From contig JASANG010002574.1 of NCBI GenBank assembly GCA_030248215.1, forward strand, positions 62,001 to 126,000: a stretch of 64,000 nucleotides of DNA, in the 5' to 3' direction. Under the pieces are notes generated by a model. The model searched no databases. It was not told the DNA's origin and worked only from the letters and a program-made list of their open reading frames with translations. Shown here piece after piece: positions 38,067 through 51,301 of the stretch. Position numbers and translations under genes: made by a program. Every line of letters starts with the position of its first letter. The first letter of the stretch is position 1. This stretch comes from Enoplolaimus lenunculus (lineage: Eukaryota).

Positions 38067-38541
38067 TAAATCAGATTAGACAATGTCTGGGTTTCAGAAA
38101 CTGTACTTAAGCATGACTTAGAACTTAATAATTATGTGCTAAGCAATTACTTAACCATTTTGGTGACGCGAACTTAGAACTCAAGTTATTGTATTAAGTT
38201 CAAGATTGTATCTTTCACTATTGATTCTGCTGGCAGCTCCTATCAGAGTACAGCCGAATGTCTGCTTTTGGCTCGGTATACGTTCTCACGAGGGGTCCAG
38301 CAATTTCGGTACCAAAGTTAATTATAATTTACTGAAAATTGTGCTAATTTAATTTCGAAAAAGTCTCAAAAAGATGCGTAAGTTTAGACTACCGACAACG
38401 CACTTGCAGGGTGTAGAATATTACTTAAATTAGCGGATGCAACATTATTGTTATGGTTATAAAATGTGGTCCATTTCCTGTTGTATGGTCAGTTCAACTC
38501 AGGTTTCAATTTCGGTTCAACACCAAATGCACAATGCATTG

Positions 38542-38749
38542 GGCCCATGTTACTTTAAGGGGTGTCCAGGTTTCTGGTGGGTCTATAAAAGAGTACGTTT
38601 AGATTCTAGATTACATTTTTGGCTTAGGCTTAGGCTTAGGCTTAGCCTTAGGTTTAGACTTAGGCTTAGGAACTCATTTTTGCAACGCTGAGGCTTAGGC
38701 TTAGGAATACGCTTAATCCACTGTTGCTGTCCTAAAAGTAGCATTGGCC
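38542..38749. mobile_element. Family A2 MITE ~95 bp upstream of the GPCR start codon
   Basis: GGCC termini, 7/8 TSD, TTAGGC arrays. Confidence 0.8.
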
Positions 38750-38843
38750 ATGCATTCAATGGATTGGCAGATTAAACCTAGTGAGTTTTTTAAAATAAAA
38801 TTAATATTTCACCGCAGCAAATATTAATATTTTAGAAAATAAA

Positions 38844-41110
38844 ATGTTAGACAAATATCTGAACGCCAGTGAAAACATTAATATTACTCAAGCGCTGTTG
38901 CTAGCGTTTGTTGATGGTGCATTAAATTTTGCAAATGCTCCAAAACTCGATCGAAACGCCAAACGCATTCCATTGGTTGAAATTCAAGATTCAAATTTAA
39001 CCATTCAGCTCGTCGAATTCAACGAAGCTTTGAACGAAGCAAAACTTCGTTTAGCTGAACGTTTAATTCACAAAGCGTGGATTATTAATGTTTATATTAT
39101 TCCGCTGATTTGCAGTATTGGCCTTTTGTGCAATATTGCAAATCTGGTCGTTTTGTGCACTCAAACTGCACGCAGTCGTCTTGCATCATGTTGCTATTTG
39201 CGTGCGCTAACCGTTGCCGACAGTGCATGGCTGTGTACAGGGATATTTTTAGCAATTACCTGGACCCAAGTGTACCATGTTACCCCTGACAAGCGTATTT
39301 ATTATTCTGTGTTTTTGGTGGTTCAATTTTCGGGTCAAATTACGTTCAAAAGTTCTGTTTGGTAAGCTGTTTGCTCAGAGGTGAAAGTGGGGTTATAACC
39401 GCTGGTTTACCTGGGTCAAATGTTGCTTTACCTGAGACACACACATTTACCCGTCGTTGTATTTGGAGTCAGTAAAAATTGGTTAAAGTTTTCAGTGTTT
39501 TGGTGTTTTAATAATACTTAATCGTGTGTCCTTGGTGGGTGTACGTCACAGTAAACTTAGAAAGTGAATTAATTGTATAAGTGTCAAATTTTAGATTCTA
39601 CAGGACTATGTGGGATTCAAAAGACTCTTTTTACCAGGGCCGTATCCAGAGATAGGGGCAATGGAACTTATTATCTCTAGCAAAAATTAAATTCCTTTCC
39701 TAAAACGTATAAACCTAGGGCCCATATTCTCACATGTATGTAGTATTTATCAACAGTTGGTGATAGGTCTTATAACATTCGAACCAGCGAATGCTGAGGG
39801 AGGCTCAAACTTTGTCACTTTTGTTGCCTTTTATTTGTTCTACTCCTGTACCAATTTTGAGGTCAGCAACTGCTATAATTAATGAGTTTGAAAACCTATT
39901 AATAACTGATGATAGTTGGTATACACATTTGAGAATATGGGCCCAGCTTGTACGTTATTGGTGCAAAGTCTTGTACGTCTCATCTAAATATTTTTAGTCC
40001 ATCCTATTAAGGTGACCTGGCTAAGGGCTTGTGTTTGCTCGTGCTACCAGTAGCCATAAAAATCAAGTTGCCCTATGATATTAAAAAATTAGTTGGAAAA
40101 ATTTATTCGCAATTCTCGAGTATTTTAGTCCTAAACCTGAAAAATAAGCTATTTTAATGTATAAATCATAACTTTTAGAAAGATTTCTGAAATTGGACCA
40201 CTTAAACTTTCAGCTCTAAATATTTTAAATGTATTTATTTGAAGGTAAAGCGTTCAACGTTGTATATATCACAGTTGTATTAAAGTTTGGTTTTTTTAGT
40301 TGCTAAAATTTAAAAATATTTATTCATTATAGGTTTTTGCTACTTTTCAATGTTGAACGCTGTTTTACCGTTTGTTATCCAATGCGACAGTGTCGGCTAT
40401 GGTTCGAAATGTATTCGCGATGTACAATTACCCTGGTTGTTATAATCTGCGCCATGCTGACGTGCCAAGAAAAAATATTCCACAAAACGTTTCTCGAAGA
40501 CGACCAACAACCATTTCGGGCACCGTTTCAGGAGCCAGTTGGACCTCAAATTGACCTTACAATGTTTTATATCGATTTAATTTTGTTTTATCTTTTGCCG
40601 ACGGCGTTACTTCCGCTGTTAAATTTAAAACTATTCTTAACCCTAACTCGACTACTTAAATCAGATTCTATTCTACCTGGTGACACTAAACGCAACGCCA
40701 GATCAACAGCGAATCGTCTATTATTCGCAGCCTTAGTGCCGTTCACAGTTTGTATGATAACTCAAACTTGTCAACGTTTACTGCACAATTTTGTCACAAT
40801 TAAACCTCTAAATAAGCCTGTATTAGTTGATTTTGTTCTATGTTGCGTTATCGTTCATTATTTGCAAGCTGCAAGCAATTTTCCACTATTTTGCTTGCTC
40901 AGTCCTAATTATCGGCAATTGTTTTGTAATCGCATGCACCATATTGCACTGCAAACTGCATTGTGTGCGTCGGCACAACAACTACAAAAAAGCACTGTCC
41001 GAAACCGAATACACAAAAATTCTGCCGGAGGGTGTGAACCGATGGAATTAGCTGAAAAACAAGTATGGGAAAATGGGGCGTTAATTGAATCGGAAAATTG
41101 TCCAAATTAA
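38844..41110 (+). CDS. Rhodopsin-class (class A) GPCR, FMRFamide/peptide-receptor-like, 2 exons, ~431 aa
   Basis: Exon 1 is 38844-39361 (TG|gtaagc) and exon 2 is 40333-41110 (tattcattatag|G). Motifs: TM1 IIPLICSIGLLCNIANLVVL, TM2 YLRALTVADS, TM3 SVWFLLLFNVERCFTVCYP (ERx variant of DRY), TM5 LFYLLPTALLPLLN, TM7 AASNFPLFCLLSPNYR. The motif set matches invertebrate FMRFamide-receptor-like GPCRs. The ligand cannot be assigned. Confidence 0.88.
39718..39944. mobile_element. GGGCCC-ended MITE (PIF/Harbinger-like) in the GPCR intron
   Basis: TIR gggcccatattctcacatgt / acatttgagaatatgggccc; fragments at ~5672 and ~37258. Confidence 0.55.
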
Positions 41111-42576
41111 CTTGATTTGACAATTGGATTTATTTTAAAATGGTTACTGGGTTTAGCTTTGGCTTAAGGCGACGCGGCCGTGTGGTGCCGTTAGGCGAAA
41201 CAGTATTATAAGCATATTCCTAAGCCTAAGCCTAAGCCCAAGCCTAAACCTAAGCGTAAGAAAAAGCATATTCCTAAGCCTAAACCTAAACCTAAGCGTA
41301 AGAAGGAGCATATTCCCAAACCTAAGCCTAAACCTAAGCCAAGCAAAAAAATTAGTCTAAAGCTTTAAGCTTACTCTATTGCAGTCCCACCGAAAAACGT
41401 TCCGCCCCTAATCTTTCCATGGGCCACAAATTGTTGTGCTGTGCCACACGGCTAAACGCGTGCGCTGCGGTACAAAACTGGACGACAGCTGGGACGACGT
41501 TCGACGACGTCGGACCGTCTTAAAAGTATAGTGCCATTCTTCAGAGTTATGGTTACCTGCTTTATACATGGGCCGATTGACGATACTTTACATGTTAAAA
41601 TGACTTTTAAAGTATTTAAACCTGTCAGAGTGATTTCATCCCTGTGTCAGATTTGGAGTCACGAATCAAAAGTGAAAATTGCAATCGCTGAGTAATTAAA
41701 CGATTAATGATAGCGTCGTTTATCTTCCCATCCTGCGGATCGGCGGTCCACTGCAGCCAAATTGGTCCGGCCAAGACTACAAGAGGTCCGGTCCAGTGTT
41801 ATACGGTCCAATCCGCGACCATGATCGGACCGATTCCCGCGTACTTTATTGCGGTTCTGTACGCAACACTATTTAATATGATAGGAATGATAGCGGCGTA
41901 TACTAGAAATACCTATTCGGTTCATACTAATTTTTTTGAACTTCGCTTAAAAGCCTACATGTCACTTAAAAATAAAATTTGTCAATTCAGAAACGTTTTT
42001 GTGTCCGAATGATTTTCTTTCAAAATGCGTTTAAATTACAAAAATATTGACGTTTTTTTTTGAAAAATGACACAAAAATTTTAAAATTAAATAAAATGGC
42101 ACAAAAATTTTGAAATTAGATAAAATGGCACAAAAATTTTAAAATTAAATAAAATGGCACAAAACTTTTTAAAATTAAATTCCTCACTTGTAAACTGGGC
42201 ATTGCGGATATATCATTTTAGCAACATTTGAGTTTACTGATAAATTATAATTGTAAAGTATTCGTCAAAATAAATTAATTTATGATGTGTCAAAATTGAA
42301 AATGTTACTTACACGGCTTGCGAGCAATTACTAAATTGAACAGGAACAGTAAACTAAACAGCATTAGTCTATAACTAAACCGATTAAGTAAAGTATATAC
42401 ACGGGGGGAAACGGTGAGATATATCACCCCTCAAGATTTCTGGTGAGACTAAAAAATAGTTGTAGTTATACAGGGTTTAGAATACGTTGTTGGATCTGTG
42501 AATTGAACGTTGCTCGCTTGTTGCAATCGCTATGAAATATTAAATTCAAATATGGAAAAATTTCAATCAATTTTGT

Positions 42577-43232
42577 GGCCTGCACGTAAAGATCAGGGGT
42601 CGAACGTTTTTCTGTGGAACTACAATAGAAAAAGCTTAAGCTTTAGACTAATTTTTTTGCATTAGGCTTAGGCTTGCGTATAAGCCCATTCTTACGCTTA
42701 GGTTTAAGCTTAGGAATATGCTTGTGATACGACCCTGTTCTTTATGGCCAGTTTTGTTCAAACTGGTGATGGCTCTACGCAAGAATATGTCGCTGGGTAC
42801 GTTCTGTTTGCCAGTTTAGCTAACTCCATGTCAATGGCGGATCCTTAGGGGACTCCTTTGTGCCGACAGCATTTTTGAGTTTGTTCCTAGAGTACCAAAG
42901 CGATAATGTTCGAAATTTTGCATATAGAATCGTAGAGCAATGACCATTGCATATAGAATCGTAGAGCAATGACCACGTATTATAGTCCATGTTTATAATT
43001 TAAATATTGTAAATTTGATGTGCCGAAGTGTCACATGTGGGACTTATTACGTCCCAAACGTGAATCTTTGGCACACGAAATGGCCAATGTTAAAGAACAT
43101 GGGCGGAACAGTACTATAGACATTTTCCTAACTCTAAGCCCGAGCCTAAACCTAAAGCCAAACAAAAATAATTTAAAGTTAAGCATTGCATTCCGACAGC
43201 AAAACGTTCCACCCCCGGTCTTTACATGGGCC
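42577..43232. mobile_element. Two family A MITEs (42577-42749 and 43082-43232)
   Basis: GGCC termini; TSDs aattttgt/agttttgt and cacgaaat/aacgaaat. Confidence 0.75.
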
Positions 43233-43274
43233 AACGAAATACATAATATTTAAAATTTATGCGATTTTTATATG

Positions 43275-43633
43275 TGCCGAAATCATACATATGGAACTTG
43301 CGAAATAACGAAAATTCTGTTTTAGAAATTGGCCGAAATCCCATATGTAGGACTTCAGCAAACCGAAGCCATTATTATGAACCCGAGAACAAGCGTCTAT
43401 TTTTCTGCAATTCCAATAAGTAGCTAAAGTGTCATATGTGGGACTTGGGCGTAACCAGCCGAAGTCCCACATGTGGAACTTTAGCTACTTATTGGAAGTG
43501 CAGAAAAATAGACGCTTGTTCGCGGGTTCATAATAATGGCTTCGGTTTGCTGAAGTCCAACATATGGGACTTCGGCCAATTGCTAAAACAGAATTTTCGT
43601 TATTTCGCAAGTCTCATATGTATGATTTCGGCA
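43275..43633. repeat. Long palindrome (176-bp arms, 7-nt loop)
   Basis: 43275-43450 is the near-perfect reverse complement of 43458-43633; the loop is gtaacca. Confidence 0.9.
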
Positions 43634-46240
43634 AACCGAAGCCATTATTAACCCGCGAACAAGCGTCTATTTTTCTGCGCTTCCAATAAGTAGCTAAAGT
43701 CTTTTATGTGGGACTTGGGCGTAACCAGCCGAAGTCCCACATGTGGGACGTAGCACAAAAACCAACCGACGTCCGACATGCGGGACTACGGCAGGTTGAT
43801 TGGTTGAAAAAATGTGTGGGGAACGAACCAATCCGAGACGCCTGATTACACAAAATATGCTATAAAATTAAAACCACGATACTCCTGTCAGTGGCGGATC
43901 CACAAATTTGTAATAGCGGCAAAAACTAGTGAACGAAGCAAGCGAGAAACTCAAACGCCATTTCAGTAATAAACATTAGAGTTCTAAACTTTGGCTTGGA
44001 TCACTGCTGGGGTAGGGCGTGGACAGCAGCACCCTCCCTTCGACACCATCAGTATCCAGTGGTGTACCGAAAAATTTTGATTGGGGGGAGCCACATCCTC
44101 AGGCTTGTGCCTTTTTGCACCTAAAGCAAACTTATAATCCTTTCGCAGTACGGATCTCAATTTTTCCGTGGGATTTATGAGTTTGGTCACACTACCAGTG
44201 AAAAGCACCGCGAGCGAAGCGAGCGAGAAATCATAAGTAATTTTTGTGTCCAATGTAAATTATGACACAAGTACTGATTCCGACTATGGGGGGCGCCCTC
44301 CTTGCTGCCCTCTCGGTACACCCATATCAGTATATCGTCTAATGAGCTGGAAATGGTAATCGCTTTACCGGAAGCGTTCAGCTGCAGACGAATTTCGTTG
44401 CTTTTTTACCCACAACGGGCGTAAATATTAAAATGGAACTATATATCGCAATAAAAAACAACATATATGGTAGGGATAACAGGCAGAAAAGCAATTAAGA
44501 TAATTATAACCGCCTTATATCACTTTTAAAATGAATTTTTTTTAGTTAAATTTGCAAATTGAAGCCGATACGCAGTCCGCTGTGGGCGCGCGCCCCGCGA
44601 TTCCAAATAAGACAATGTTTACTTTGAAGGGGGTAGAATAAACATATTCTTAAGCCTAAAGCTTTAGGCCTATAAGCCAATAGCCTATGCGTATAGATAT
44701 GCGTCTAACTAAAGCCTAAGCCTAAGCAAAAATTGTGCCTAAAGCTTAATCTTATTGCAGGTTGCCCGTCAAAGCAACATAGGCGCCCGTTGTATACCTG
44801 TCAGCGCACACGGGCAGGGCCGAAGCAGCCACCCCCCAGCGAAGCAAACGCTATCTATTTTTTGCACTATAAGTGTATTGCAAAGGTTTTTCCATCAGAG
44901 CTGCCAAAAAGGAAATAAATCATACTCAAATCGCAAACGCTGTTTCCACAGTTTTGCTTCTTTGTTTGTATTATTTATTTGGTTCTTTGATTCTTTCTGT
45001 ACTTTAAAGTTGTTATTCCACAGCGCTTGCATTTTCTATGTTGTTTTTTTGCGTCTTTTGCCTTTTATATTTGAACATGGCGTTGGTAACAATTGGACAG
45101 CATTGTGTCGTCTGGAATTTCATTTCGGCAACTGGGATCTGAAACAAAATGGCAAAGTTAAACTGATGTTAAAAACGGGGGCTCTTGAACACCCGCCCGC
45201 TATAACGTAGGTTACCCTGGATCGAAAGTCCTTGCCACCCATCCTTGGCGGGTACACCTTATGGTTTGGTCGAAGCTGGATACTGTGTCTAATTATGCTA
45301 CTCCGCTAGTCGGTGTTCGGGATGGGAATATACATCCCAGGCTCGCAGCGTAATTGTTTCCTCAACCTACACATCCATCACTACCGGACCTCAATAGAAA
45401 ACGTCAAAAGGAAATCAATTCGATAAAAATTATTCGCCGGCAAACAGCCCGCGGATGCTCACAAATCATACAGGTACTAGTCCAGAAAACTTTTCGGGGC
45501 CAGGCGACTCTTATCCTTGCGCATTCCTGCCCCCTGGTTAAGACTTCTGTCCACTGTGGCGAGACTAACCATCCGGGTGGCAGGCAAAATTCACGGTGCT
45601 GGGAAAAACAAATTCTTGGTAAAAAGGATCTTGTCAAAAAGGAACAAGAAAAAACGGGACCCGCACTGCCTATTTTTGAGGCTGTAAAAAAATTTTGCTA
45701 TACACAATAACCATTCAGTATTCAGGGCCCGAAAATCGACCGGAAAAATGAAAAGAAAAAGAAAAAGAAAAAACACCCATCCCCAGTCCGGACAATGATA
45801 ACAAAATCCGACCCAGACTTGCTCGGTCACGAATCGCGCAAGTCCGAGTCGGAAATAACGAAAACAACCCTGTCTTGCGGGGATCTAAAAACAACAAGGC
45901 TAGCCAGTCGGATAAAACAGTAATCTCGATACCATTCCTTCAACGAAGATTTGGAAACACCCCTGGAAATTGCCGGGCTTATGTCTCATATAAAATTGGA
46001 CACCTGTAGTTGATTGAGAAATGATACAAATTGAGCACGTTATGATTTTTCCGAATTCTCCAGTACCGTTGACTCCTCTGGCCACCGGTGCCCGAGAAAA
46101 CATTTTCCGAAATACAGAATTTACCGTAGCCGACTTCTTTCTTGAAGCCGGCTACACATATTACAAAAAAACAAAAACATAATAAAACCAAATAAACAAA
46201 CGCTCGTAGGCATCAGTGAAAGTTGAAGATAAAAGATGCA

Positions 46241-46331
46241 AACTGAATGCATGAATTGTGGAATCGACAGCGGCTTTTATACCCTGTCGTGTGGCTATCG
46301 TCAATTTGCATAATCAGAAGCATATTTGCAT
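46241..46331 (-). promoter_or_regulatory. Putative Pol II core promoter: two octamer motifs, TATA box, Inr
   Basis: On the minus strand: ATGCAAAT at 46331-46324 and 46311-46304, TATAAAAG at 46281-46274, and TCA/TCAGTT initiator-like motifs ~29 and ~37 nt downstream of the TATA. Confidence 0.5.
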
Positions 46332-48540
46332 AAGCTTCTTGAAATTTTCATAAATTTCATTGAATTAGTAAAAACCGGCCAGAAAGCGTAGGCCGCAGAT
46401 TTTCGAAACGACAGCAGCAAAAACCACAATGAGAGGCAACAACAACTTTACACAACCAGCCCCGAAAACCAGGAACCAGGCACGCCAATTGTTCAAATGG
46501 TAGGGATGGATTGTAAAAAAACGGTTGAACTCGGGTAAATGTAAATTACACAAGTATTTGACTACTGCTTGGATGCGCTGGCGCAGACTGCTCACGCTCA
46601 AATGAAATGCTTTTTTGAAACCTAAGCTTAAGTCTGAACCAATACCTGGAGGGAAAGTATACAAGAGCCAAAGGGTGTTTTAGCAAGGGCCACCCTTGTA
46701 AACTACACGAAGATTCAAAATGTATTTCGTTGGATACGAGCTTAGTTTTGCTCCTGATCTTTACATAGGCCGTTCCGCCTGACTCATTTTCAAGTTCCGC
46801 CACCTGTTGGACGTATCTACCATTTACGCATTATGCAACATTAATAAATATATATTGCATGCTATAAGCAAGCTTGTAAAACACAATTTATTAGCCAGCA
46901 TAGAAATAATAAACAATAAACGGTAATCTCACTTAGACAAACATATAATTTCATTTTGAAACTATTTTTTTCTCGTTGCTCATGAATTTAAAACATTTAT
47001 TACATTTCAAAAAACTATGAAATGGAAATTCAAACCAAACATTGATCAACGAAAATTTTTCGCTGGCCCTACCTTAACGTGTGACACAAACCAGTCTGTG
47101 ACACGCTATGAGGTAGTGCCAGCACTTTTTGTATACCCGCCACCATCCGTTATGGCTATTTCAACCAAAAATTACAGTTGATCCTACGCTCAACGCGTAT
47201 TACAAATTGTTATGTTACAAACGTTGCGGTAGGAGCAACGGCTTTTCAAAACCTCAAAACTCATATTCGAACACAATACATGGGCATGTGTGTAAGACGG
47301 TGTGTTCAGCACTGGGTTATGGTACATTTTGTGGCCGGCCGAATATTGTGAACGGCGCATCATAAAGTATGATTTCACTGTATACAGAGGTGGATAATTA
47401 ATATTGAAGTTAAAACGTTATTTCCTCTGTTTTCGTAATTTTACAGCTTTTTGTACGCGTTGAGCAAATTTTTAAGATTTAAAAATCACTTTTCTGCCTC
47501 CACACAAAATCGCTGCTCGACAGATCTAATTTAAACAATGTAAACGCCGAATTTTGCCGTTCAAATTTTAATTAATAATTATATACCTTTTCTAAGCAAC
47601 CCCCCTAGAAAGTTTTCAACCTTACTTGCTAGTCAAACAAAGCTCTTATATGCCCCTTCGGGCCAACGTAAGGTAATCTGGCAGAGCAGGCCGGCTTTGC
47701 CAGCTTACCTTGCAAGGAGGGGCTAACAATTTTTCAGAAGGGTCATATAAGGGCACTCTTAAACTTGCAGGCAAGGTTGAAAACTTTCTAAAGGGGGAGG
47801 GAATTTTCCAGGGGGGATCCGTTTCTAAAATATTGTATAAGTTATAATAGAACAATCTTGTACTAGTAAGAGAAAATATATAAATGTAAATAATAGTTTG
47901 AATACCCAAATAAAAGTGTTAGATAATGGTTTTTAATATCTACTAAATTGTTACCTGAGCAGAATTGTACAGCCAGTTCTACTCATGAGCCCTTTTCTCA
48001 CATGCTAAATACACTTAGGCTTAAACTTAGGTTTGAGAACATGCTTACTGAGGCGTAAACGTTTGTTCACGCCTATACCTAACTTGGCCTAAGCCTAAAT
48101 GTTTAGGTTCAAATGTGGGAGTGTACGACAGCGAATAAATGGACGGTTAAAATCGAAATACCACATTTTTGTCATTTTTTGTCAAGTGTTCAGGAACTTT
48201 TACAGTTTGCAACACAAGAGAAACTATGCTTTGGAAGTTGTTACAGTACAAGACCCCCGTTTTTAAAATCTTGCTCAGTAAGGTTTAAGTTTCAACATGA
48301 TATATATATTAAAGCTGGAACGTCCACATACGTATTTTGGGCAACTTTCCAGCATTACTTTGTTTACAATATCTTGTTAGGAAAAACGCGTGATTGTTCT
48401 ATTAAAGAAAATTTGCAATGAATTTTTTGTGTCGCTAAGTTTTGCGCATTGCACAACGCTGGCGGACTAGTATACGTTATAACTTAAAATTTTTTACGTT
48501 ATCTTGACAGCAGATAATTCTGTAATGTATACCTAATAGC

Positions 48541-48925
48541 TAGGGTGTATCCGATATGCGTTTCCGTTTTCAGTAAAGATCGGTGTGCGTTTCTGTTTCC
48601 GTTTCCGTTATAGAAATAAACGAAATTATGTTTATTTTTATGTTCAAAATTATAGCTATAAATCACGTATATATCTCGCAATTATTCGTTGCATTATATG
48701 CTGCAATTGTTTGAAACGAAATAAAAATTTAAAATTTAGTTGCATCCGCCATTTTTTCTTTCGAATTTCTGAAAAACCGGTAAATATATGCAGTCCTCAA
48801 TTGTGCTGGCTGAAAAGTAAAACACTTTTGAAACTTATGTACTTCAATATCCGTTTACCGTTTCCGTTATCTTGATCACTATCCGTTGTACGTTTCGGTT
48901 ATTTATAATATCCATTTACGCCCTG
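48541..48925. mobile_element. Family H hAT-like MITE
   Basis: YAGGGTGTA...TTACRCCCTG termini, perfect 8-bp TSD ctaatagc, subterminal CCGTT motifs. Relatives at 3766-4111 and 29754-30146. Confidence 0.78.
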
Positions 48926-50856
48926 CTAATAGCTCGTTTGCAACTCAGAATACCGGGTTTAATCCTAGTCCTAAAATTTAATTGGTGCCTCAAAATTGAT
49001 CAATAGACGCGCTTTTTGTAAATTTGTCATTTTCTGCAAAAACAATTGATGTGACTGCACCAAAAACATTTTTGGTAAGTAGGTATGTTCGAGCTGGCAA
49101 AGTATCTATTTGTCCTAGTTGGAAACTCGCCGTCTTCAAATACTATTCGTTGTTCCGTGCCAGAAATTTAAAAATAGTATTTGAACCTTTTATCACATGA
49201 ATATTTTCTATTTCATCTGAAACCTACATTTATGCAAGAATTCGAACTCCAGTGACAGGAGTGGGAGGCGTTTACCATCACCACTCACCTATAGGACCTT
49301 CATGCTAGTAGCCCATAGTCAACTCTATGTGAGAAGAGGTTAACCAATGATATTGAAGTATTGCAGAGAAACTCTTGTTTTATTTTGATACGAAAACTCA
49401 AGTCAAATTCAGTTTTCTTCCCAGCAGTTGTTTTGGTTGTTTACTTAATACGGCATTTCGTGTTAATGGCTGTTCAGTTGCCAACTATGAGAAATAGGCT
49501 TGCAAGCAAAACACCAATCATCGAAGTTAGGGTCCGTGTAAAGATCAGGGACGGAACGTTTTTCTTTGGGACTACAATAGAGTAAGCTTAAGCTTTAGAC
49601 TATTTTTTGCTTGTCTTTGGCGTAGGCTTTGGCTTTGGCTTAGGAATATGCTCATTCTTACGCTAAGGCTTAGGCTTAGGCTTACGAATATGCTCATAAT
49701 ACTGTTCCATCCCTATTCTTTACATTGACCAATGTCAGGTAAATTATTGGTGTACAATTTTTAGAGAAAAGTATCATTTTACGTGGAAAAAGTTATTTTT
49801 CAATTTTTTCTACGTGTATTTAAAAAAGGCGTTGGACAGTTAAAAAAACAAATAAAGTACAGAGATCAAAATTAAGTAATAGGAATTGATAGTTGAGAGT
49901 TAATATGGTGACAAATTGTTTGTAATCAATTAAATGCTGGAAACTTTGTCTTTGAAAAAATGTTATTTCGACAACAGTGTTTTTGCAATTTCTTCAGTTT
50001 TGCCAACAAACGGTTTCCTTTGTATTTTCACAAAACAACATGATGAAATAGCTGAGAATTCACTTAAGCCATTTTTAGCAAGTTTTAAAAAATGTACTAC
50101 AGTAATTCGTAGATCAAAATTATTTCAAATTCCTGTTCCTGTTCCGGTTCCTGAAAAGAAAGAACATAACTATACATAATGGTTTTTTGAGTATTAATAT
50201 ACGCTCCAACAACATTAAACTTTTCGAATCCTTAATGACACTCAAATCTGCTTTGTTATTTGAGCTTATGATGTTTTCGCGTGTTTGCATTTTCCATAAT
50301 TTACAATTGCTGTCAGGACAGTTTTATGGTTATGTTTATGAAAATAATAATATTAACAAAGCCAACTGCAAAATAAAAGCCTGCAAAAATCAATCAGTTG
50401 ATACTGCTTTTTGAACAATTCCAACGGCGCGGCACGCTATTGTCAGCAGAATTTAAATATTTTTGCGCAATAAATACACTCAGGCTTGTGCTTTAAAATG
50501 GCTAAAAATTGGCAATTGTCAAACTCGCAAAATGTTTAAAATGAAATAAATTCCTAATAATTCGTCGTCTATTTTAACGCGTGTACGCGGCGTGGAGAAA
50601 GCGACGAGGTATAAACGGCAAGTTTTCCTGTTTCAAAAACAGCAAGTAGCGCGGCTTAAATTTGTTTTATTTTGAAATTTTAAAATTCAAACTTAAACTA
50701 TTAAAAAATCTAAAATTAGTAGTCGTAAATGGTGTATTTTCCAATTTTACTAAGCGTTATCTTTGCAATTCAAAATCTACAGTAACAGTTATTACCTTTC
50801 TTTCGGAAAAACAGTAGTTGAAGTTCAGTGCGCAAAATATCGTCTAAGCAACCGTA

Positions 50857-51301
50857 CTGTAGTGACCCGAATAAGAGGGGGAGACTGATATTTATTTGTC
50901 CTCTCCTGAGGGTACCCCCCTTGTTATTCGGTTACGGACTGTTATTTATTTTTAATCCACGCTCCGCCGCCCTTCGTTACTGATATATATTCGGTACTGC
51001 AATTATCCGTTTGAATTAAGCGTTTATTTGTCTTATGTCAGTAGCTTGAGCGATAATACAAGGTTAAACTTAGGAATGTACTTTCAAAATTTAAGGACGC
51101 TGTAAAGGTTTGAACTCGAATTATTTGTTCCTGGAGTCATTTATGCGCTACAATTAGGTTTAATTGACATTTATGGACTCTAATTAGGGTTTAGGGACTC
51201 TATCCGCTTACGGACTCTTATTAGGGATACGGACTCCTATTGGTTCGAACTCAAAATAGGGACCCCCTCTTATTACCACTCTCTTTTTCGGGTCAATACA
51301 G
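50857..51301. mobile_element. Family G MITE, inverted copy of 554-998
   Basis: Colinear reverse-complement similarity over the whole length. Confidence 0.75.

Noticed and set aside
37585..38069. Repetitive ORFs (GAVRHPC, RRRTGDG; also 2660-3028 and 33516-33929)
   Set aside because: They are stop-free readings of GC-rich minisatellites.
45186..46250. Hammerhead, HDV or twister ribozyme in the structured cassette
   Set aside because: By eye I found no CUGANGA...GAAA core with matching stems and no convincing HDV or twister consensus. An Infernal search is needed to exclude them fully.
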